From an uncultured bacterium (lineage in GTDB: Bacteria > Omnitrophota > Omnitrophia > Omnitrophales > Aquincolibacteriaceae), in the NCBI GenBank assembly GCA_964482725.1, contig CAYZYT010000005.1, positions 24,133 through 88,132 on the forward strand: a stretch of 64,000 bases of DNA, read 5' to 3'. This document shows positions 61,301 to 64,000 of this stretch, piece by piece (within the stretch, counting starts at the first letter, position 1; each line of letters opens with the position of its first letter). Below the pieces are notes generated by a model. The model saw only the letters and a program-made list of their open reading frames with translations, made no database searches and was not told where the DNA came from. Both the position numbers and the translations under genes were made by a program.

Positions 61301-63669
61301 GTCATCAGTGTCATGGCCTGAATGCGGGGCGCCCAGCGCCACGAAGAAAATGCGTGAACGCGGATCCTGCCGGTTTCTTCATCGATCGCGACCCCTGCCA
61401 CGTCAATATCAAAGGGCTGCTTATCCTTGAGAAATGCCTCCGTCTCTTCCCGTCCCGTTGTCACTTCCGAATCGCTAAAAGGCGTTTTCCGGGAATTACG
61501 GACGGGCCATAAGGTGAGATGGATCGCCTCTGAAGGAGTCCTGAAAAATTTCGAGGCCGCGAAAGGCAACTCTCTGTAGAAATCATCCTGGAGGCGGGTC
61601 ATCTCCCTGCTGACAGCTCCAGCATGATCCGGAGCAACCAGCAAGGACAAGCTGTAGAAAGGCGCCAGTGTCCCGTCGGATGCAAAAAACCGTTCGCGGG
61701 CACTCACCCCCCACTGGCCCGGAATTGAAAGCGCTTCTTCCGTATAAGAAAAACCAAGACCTTTTTCGAACGCTTCATCAAAAGCCTTCCCCCTCAGTTC
61801 CGAACGAGGTTTTACGATCCCGCCTTCTACAGACTCCGGCTGAACTTGATCGCCTGGGTTAAGGCCGGCAAGCCGGCGCTCGATCAGTTGCGGGTCTGAA
61901 ATATTTCCCATGGCCTCGACGGATGAAGTGATGGCGCGAAGCGTCGATTGAGCGGAAGCATCCTCGCCCGCAACGGCGGCCGAATAGAAAATGCTGGGAG
62001 GTTTATTGGCATGGGCCGCGAGAAACGGCGTTTCGAAGGTCCGATGGCCTTCCGTCATGAGCTGCTTATAGAAATCTTGGTGTCTTTTGTTCGCGGAAGT
62101 AATCCTGGGAGAAATGACAACATAGGAGATCCCTTTCTCCCGCAACATTTCTTTAATACTGTTGGCGTGGAAGCCGCCGTACACCAGCACTGCTGGTGCG
62201 GGACTCGGGGAACGGCTAACGGTGAACGATTGAGACTTTTCGTTCTGCGCTATGCTTTCCACGTCCCCCTTCGTAATTTCGTTTCCCGTTCCCCGTTCCA
62301 CGTTTCCCGCTTCTATGTATTTATCCATCGCTCCCGAGATCGTGCCATCCCGCTGCAGGGCAACTTCGTAGAACCGGACCGCCTCCTGGATATGGCGCTC
62401 CCATTCTCTGGACAAAACCAGGGGTCGGCGCGTCAGCGACACAATAAAATCTGCCAATCTCCGTGTGTCCAACCGACGCAGCGTCGTTTGGACCGCTTCA
62501 TATTCCGCCTGGGTCAGTTCGATCCGGTTAAGCCTCTTGAGAAGGCCCAGCCCCTGATAATAAGTGAATATTTCCCGATCTCTTTCATTTTGAAGTAAGG
62601 CCACCGAGACATTCTTTTCCAACCGCGTGATCTCTTCAAAGACCCCTTTGAAATCCAGGGCATTCAGCTGCTGGTTCAATTTCGGGTCATGAGTCGTCTC
62701 GGCCATGAGAAGCATAGAAATGGCAGGATATTCTTTAGCGAAATCCCAAGCAGAGCGCGATTCAGGGCTTTTCAAATAAAACGCCTGAAGCTCTTTTAAA
62801 TAATTAAGCAGGGGCAGCTTCCCTTCCGAAAAAAGCTTCCTCGCTTTCATCCAGGTCTTTAGGTCTTTGGGAAAGTATTGATTCGCAAGCGTGGTGATCT
62901 GGCCCCAAAGTTCCGCGAGATCTTCTTCGATGTCTTTGCGGCTCTGGGAGGAATCCTGATAGCATTTGATGTTCTCACCGTAGAGCTTGAGATCCTCAAC
63001 GCCGATCAACTCAAAATCCTTCGGGATGACCTGAGACTTGAGACTTGAGACTAGAGACTTGCCGTCAAAACTTTGGTCTTTTTTACTAGAGTCTCCGGTC
63101 TCTGGTCTCTGGTCTAATCGGCTTCGCCGATTAATATGCGCATACTCCGCGCCGCCGATGCGGAGCTGGTCCATCATAAAATACGAGACCTTTTCCTTGG
63201 TCGCGGGATCTTTGATAAATCCAAAGAACTTGTCGGTGGGAACCGGGCCTTCGTAGCCTTCTTCAAAGACGGTCCGGACGCCGTCCCGCTCCACCAGAAG
63301 CCGGATGATCTTGGCAATATTCACCTGCGCTTCGAGCGAGTCGTGGGCGTCTTGGATGAGCACGATCCTTTGATCGTGCCGGGAAATGGCTAACGATGAA
63401 CGGTTAACGATTTCGTTATTACGTTCCCCATTCCCCGTTCCACGTTCCCCGCGGTAGACTTCGTCTACCGAACCAAGTTCTTTCGGAATAGAAAAGGAAG
63501 CGGGAGCAACGGGTTCGATAACTTTGGAAGATTGACCGGCAATGGCCTGGGGGGCATAGCGGGAGACATCAAAAAGGACAAAAGCCAGGATGACAAAAAT
63601 CGCCGTAGCCTTTCGAAATAAAAGGCCCCTTTGACAGGTTTTACAAGACGATTCCGCATCGTAAAACAT
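49342..63669 (-). CDS. Giant modular secreted protein 2 (4775 aa)
   Basis: 14.3-kb ORF; signal/TM; N-domain homologous to giant 1; modules 2H-like, M50 peptidase, GT4, HD, APH-type kinases x2, NAGPA-like, Cmk + Udk, separated by RSExR. Confidence 0.93.
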   Translation of the reverse strand: MFYDAESSCKTCQRGLLFRKATAIFVILAFVLFDVSRYAPQAIAGQSSKVIEPVAPASFSIPKELGSVDEVYRGERGTGNGERNNEIVNRSSLAISRHDQRIVLIQDAHDSLEAQVNIAKIIRLLVERDGVRTVFEEGYEGPVPTDKFFGFIKDPATKEKVSYFMMDQLRIGGAEYAHINRRSRLDQRPETGDSSKKDQSFDGKSLVSSLKSQVIPKDFELIGVEDLKLYGENIKCYQDSSQSRKDIEEDLAELWGQITTLANQYFPKDLKTWMKARKLFSEGKLPLLNYLKELQAFYLKSPESRSAWDFAKEYPAISMLLMAETTHDPKLNQQLNALDFKGVFEEITRLEKNVSVALLQNERDREIFTYYQGLGLLKRLNRIELTQAEYEAVQTTLRRLDTRRLADFIVSLTRRPLVLSREWERHIQEAVRFYEVALQRDGTISGAMDKYIEAGNVERGTGNEITKGDVESIAQNEKSQSFTVSRSPSPAPAVLVYGGFHANSIKEMLREKGISYVVISPRITSANKRHQDFYKQLMTEGHRTFETPFLAAHANKPPSIFYSAAVAGEDASAQSTLRAITSSVEAMGNISDPQLIERRLAGLNPGDQVQPESVEGGIVKPRSELRGKAFDEAFEKGLGFSYTEEALSIPGQWGVSARERFFASDGTLAPFYSLSLLVAPDHAGAVSREMTRLQDDFYRELPFAASKFFRTPSEAIHLTLWPVRNSRKTPFSDSEVTTGREETEAFLKDKQPFDIDVAGVAIDEETGRIRVHAFSSWRWAPRIQAMTLMTPLEPLTADETSQVQSWVIRNRDRVMGLFRAEKAELVHLADNFSIRRLPVPDPVFSLPSQAQPVVRNASGGESVTQAAKRVPIGKALRDYFVNPMKFGQRVIGFGFVTVLFGLAWGLVVFSNKIFSDAIHFFVSQYESYLKRHGVFDWKKVATFNRRLNLLRAVLSVTGAFFVLDRMPGIVMFTAFSLAFVIRELFISEYSPFLSRQPSRAVKKRIESYKSIYGAFVIDMPFLGFVFALIAISAVAAHEAGHFISAKIIQKRGKADGQATVQDIVYSLFPGFVTTYSPDDFRLLPIQRIWIAVSGPLMELSVACVSFILWYLGFFPGVSLMIFQVSLWGVLGNLLTGSDGEHIAALLKGSRLARLHVQGEPLLVGLESFRPIAWARNEESYLFKAKKGFFIALQAEKVPPAVKRFNYKPWPKSRKDEPKAYPLQGALVESFLFEGKPYALYKITNFPTEVLAEPATAPTATSSVRSEMHLNSVDSSTSRDSREARSEMPLNPVDSSTTRDSLEARSEMRLLAAGSPTVSDKSVLSEKQREALLKENWARFFRELNEGTVPSLPGGELGAKGVRHVLSISPQQLKIGGIQTYQQNLIKTLLRTEKGFTFELLYLGAGTEPSETLFEAPKSGNRLVLHGIPKRSPDNIPLTDGEVSIHLERLLAEIQRRMPIDLIALNSSKAQFILLKTALSFSHQLRIPSHYFFHGGAITEGVAYLVRNSDAAVTCSNAFQKIFSDLGSEKVERLYPISDMSYFLQERNAEDRMSVEALRKQYGLSGKKIILHPSRIEPRKGQEVTLRAAAELLRQDPARSSQLSFVVLGPEHNPLQNDLAKLQDLAKSLKVEVLFVGGQSVEQMRRWYDASYLVVYPTLGAEPFGLVPVEAQASGVPAIVSDGGGLPETLVEGVTGFVIPRGNYRDLARRIGQLAGDEAERDQMGAMARKSAEERFAFSANLKAIGSSFLKAVQEHSVTEKSPALLLPITAQQASVVLSDVYNDMVSPESDAAEVENVSREAQGAGLLSVRSEARDVAKMLEGYLAEAEAERSQTKSAGQKDYVKITIDEILEALSGLKGPEPVSDATMKIVNTYLPDLEVEKFDLSASEPFRKIKEGNEEKPLEANPEKARHMIRVERFFRALTTGNFDYFLNRLKHGTTSPDKDGYRKDLGRVKSVYDALTLDEKTEMWLEIKAHDFGYIFGNADVGHEASGADYAESFFQSDLLMSSQRARAVSSLIRRHMSAGSLYLGELRYTKFKEGLDEKGFEKLLLHNIADAASVLPDSMVYYPARLATVVTWLDSEARDRSLRNYDQYRFEKLAKSSMNSDQDLTPEEVSDLNKTIGAIFGAEEEKLRGQWRDSIDILNSLMMVSTRLAKGDDAYKRWAKWLRLLGQISLLAPGGEAVFNSNLRLRKYPVEFWYAADVINKKIEAAIDQIPDICDLAAVKAQMPPALTKDQRFVIYGMPFKWDGKEFWADVRSLYDDARPDPSDPIVRSEVRTPEEQTILDEARRTVFEPSFLKAEQAIAAGRLYTEESYSRYVEFRKVPGLKINLWERVANREGVPAVLYSLSAAVYPEEGHETVRGLIRLTDEFSKQPFAQKFFIFPREAYHLTLETFHLQKQPFSDEKIQDAQEKTGQMAKAREPFDIWVQGVTVDPEDGRIQAETILFDGKTPERRVITLYSPIRELTRDERAQLLEWVKRHREDTFGRIRAEKLQLVHSMNIFAHHNLSMNEYPLREAAAKSPGDKTEVSQSVLLGIPGAREAFQGWADEDIARLFKEYGLGELKAVQLRAHNDKSIPILETTRGFFGLKKITTFDPIDRERQMLFIADTVHRNKQKGTPIPALYRLGEEKRENLFFRITDTELHTQEYFMVERWITEYPSVHREEATPEMLQEAARWLYRIHAATEDVTDSDWKGLERWTREWQLRDMERGRVEDREQIKRFYSEEDSETILSVLDQALPKVSSLLRKLPLKPISSDFNFANCFFDADGKIREITDWEASRLGYRIEDFTSILFRTGRPRQGYVVGHLERDLIQILQAYQEAAGDRRLTDEEIDSLPGFFLVDFLGWFYVKDLKGVTGQGREATPNQRTMILRAIKEIQKQFAPYFNGEKSLSSEVKTALTASSRRSEVRYLPVAKETVQFQAGSSEVVSFRISPSSGRGVHVAIQEELQGRFGIDRNTETAFFREADGSLITDNAAVHEKIETDDAMIRRFEASHPSQTVVAAVDNSSLFANQGFVTFAHGKLFYPVGEDIRAHPYSSLILRKNGTFLMEDVSYRAGNNGTIHAFANGGEIQKDIDYATFGQFLLDGRGHPREDIESIIPQFQDLRHVYTLPKILARDLPDSSTGKLASKEEIYFDVSQMSRNGYALAQNAWKSPVRMDLTVALSFKEGTDRVTTEVAVPEAVLRKALKDSGYLENDGEITERGQFKFEEGKIKIFFKPGIYPRTLMGLTPGGELVVLGISGKSGRKGSTLVESAALASKYGLSQAMLLDHGGNAKIWANGDYALPSSQGRYLRTAAIFITVARSEMPLTPVAPKTSRDSREARSEMHLNSVDSSTTRDSLVVRSEMRGGPGDKTEVSPSALLGIPRAREAFAGWTDEDVARLFTEYGLGALKSVRFKRHDGRDIPILKTEQGLFCLKKLSRLSSANEERESLFIADIIHRNMRKGIPIPALFRFGMSEPANLIFSISNQSTHLKEYFVVENWIEGLKNVYREEASPPMLDEVVRWLASSHAATLDVSEERWAGLGRWTRSRNYEQMEESRTNGRERILQAYAPDEARTILSVLDDVFPGVWALSKKIPKKPINSDMNIANCFFDAAGRIRAITDWEDVRFGHRMEDFTSVVFRTGHPRQGYVTDHLEQYLLRALSVYQRTAGKQGLTDAEIDILPGYFLVDFLGWFYRRDGARILGDGATAAPEQRQSVLNTIRKVQESFEPYLKGQKSLSRELRQFVLRNDRTGKPDDAARPAKRPKIELSAAELNDALAVISIFREWKFSFAALEKKIRELLAFNGPGAKVVHAAVFESVADMVEAMLGPRNPRDKMVGLAGEISGVYREVIKRSKSLKKINVGVIRAIHEFVRDSSGKEWDAVSKNTVFEFKFFLSLRKLYQQVIGGLDSAKYPHMRVLVENPKYKKIRNIVYFGEMDDGYVNRAIVAFMKNGPHSMPSVEIEDNKDVFVRFSLEGIKEFLLSKTVQDLAKQEYRQFFKKRTVLPKWVPGVWIDRKIEQMRKVPNGKFDVYIGVSNAPAKDVAEIQKFVSSRPAVRAQNRSDVREAGKTLALKMNPLSTVVVTIDGPSGSGKGTAGLELARRLGYLYVDSGVIFRAIAYKMIREGIDPLNEAAVTAVLEKTSVSLDAKGSDLQVLLDRASVTDVIRSQEVTRVVAEVSQYKAVQIFVLQKIRETGEKYNAVVDGRQMGTEVFPDATGTKFYLDSPVEVRARRRAEQFRAKEGSQAVSIEDVMAKIQQRDDLDRRRTFAPLRQPSDAVVIVNGSDQTISGIVDQMETQVRKDLAEKRGRGTWDVLSGVVSERLRQLPARAVLLVGGPSATGKTWMLDEFNRLMAGQGRKIEWVPEDRYFKPEDECPLRNGKPDFDHIDAYNLPVMTETIRKLNRDGTAVIPASTFGVAEPARTSQLGGRDIIGVEGLHSLHPRVMSALGPDVPVLKIFLDTPWQIRFMRRLFRDVEVRKFSDPFRTLALWDNVAAGEKSFVDPTREQADFVIERGSTEEARELGVLTREFREALSQRPEVIAREDYRKILSDVENYLKALPADRSEVRDSKGEDVAQKRLQATTQKMGSESFIASLQPRVAVVSERVISGDLGDRMVRNVRMGVQPATVFVDAEDFQNLSLAQKQEYLIVALSNKALHVVVYNERGQVQDKELGALLKLDRVTRTGQDLAGAQSRFDRPNAPSIHLSKKILPSTELVQRLRKRVSFFKTQGQKSGSLAVALLWALGGGETARFVGVNKDSDGFWRVAENLVNALQRSYDNNLVFATAA
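53616..53748. repeat. 60-bp tandem repeat at a module junction (copy A)
   Basis: gcatctcggagcg at 53616, 53676, 53736; encodes RSEM...DS..A/V units. Confidence 0.92.
59748..59880. repeat. 60-bp tandem repeat at a module junction (copy B)
   Basis: gcatctcggagcg at 59748, 59808, 59868; near-identical to copy A. Confidence 0.92.
62199..62309. repeat. In-frame inverted 7-nt tandem-repeat element in giant gene 2
   Basis: cggggaa/cggctaa/cggtgaa arm vs cgtttcc/cgttccc/cgttcca arm. Confidence 0.7.
63028..63116. repeat. In-frame inverted 7-nt tandem-repeat element in giant gene 2
   Basis: gacttga-type arm 63028-63060 vs ggtctct-type arm 63090-63116. Confidence 0.75.
63380..63451. repeat. In-frame inverted 7-nt tandem-repeat element in giant gene 2
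   Basis: cgggaaa/cgatgaa/cggttaa arm vs cgttccc/cattccc/cgttcca arm. Confidence 0.65.
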
Positions 63670-63870
63670 ACTTTTTAAAACCTCTTAGTTTTAGATTTCC
63701 TCAATACACGAGGATACTAAAAATGTAACACCTCATGCGCGATTGTCAATGAGGCGTGGGGTAAAAGTCTCTCCTGATTTCGGGGAACGAGAACCTAGGG
63801 GACAGACAATCAATGGACGCCCTCCCCTGTGTGAAGGTTAAAGTTTACGAAGAACTTCATTACAGCCCGA

Positions 63871-63961
63871 GGAACAAAGATTTCCACTACGCTGATTGCA
63901 CTTGCGCCCAACGCGCAAGTACTACACCGTGTGGAACAAAGATTTCCACTACGCTGATTGC
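63871..63961. repeat. Exact 29-bp direct repeat with 33-bp spacer (possible edge of a CRISPR-like array)
   Basis: ggaacaaagatttccactacgctgattgc at 63871-63899 and 63933-63961; only two copies visible. Confidence 0.6.
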
Positions 63962-64000
63962 CCGATGGCCTGAGCGGCCTCGATCGCAGCGCCAAGCATC

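Overview
Bacterial, apparently anaerobic chromosomal window, almost all genes on the minus strand. Gene content and giant genes resemble Omnitrophota/PVC lineages (inference only). Housekeeping blocks: orn, miaB, split class III RNR nrdD/nrdG with NrdR boxes, por + ADP-forming acetate-CoA ligase, Na+/H+ antiporter, NSS transporter, LysM amidase, tal-pgi, hflX, miaA, argS, rsfS, ogt, nadE. Half the window is two giant paralogous genes (5729 aa, 17925-35114; 4775 aa, 49342-63669). Both have a signal peptide, a shared N-terminal domain with TraB/TIKI/ChaN-like motifs (QDAH, EG, RD, GGFH) and a C-terminus ending in AA. Between these sit unrelated enzyme modules (GHKL ATPases, zincins, kinases, M50 peptidase, GT4, HD, 2H, NAGPA-like, Cmk/Udk). 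Most module junctions carry a pentapeptide R-[SA]-[ED]-x-R (12 copies per protein, counting near-variants). In gene 2, ten copies are encoded by the identical 9-mer CGCTCCGAG, six of them in a 60-bp repeat with covarying hairpins. This points to a modular, possibly self-processed polyprotein system whose cassettes are shuffled at a defined junction. A second pattern is inverted arrays of 7-8-nt tandem repeats. They flank a four-helix-bundle (IVP/Avd-like) gene and ogt, occur empty between genes, and are inserted in-frame in miaB and both giant genes.
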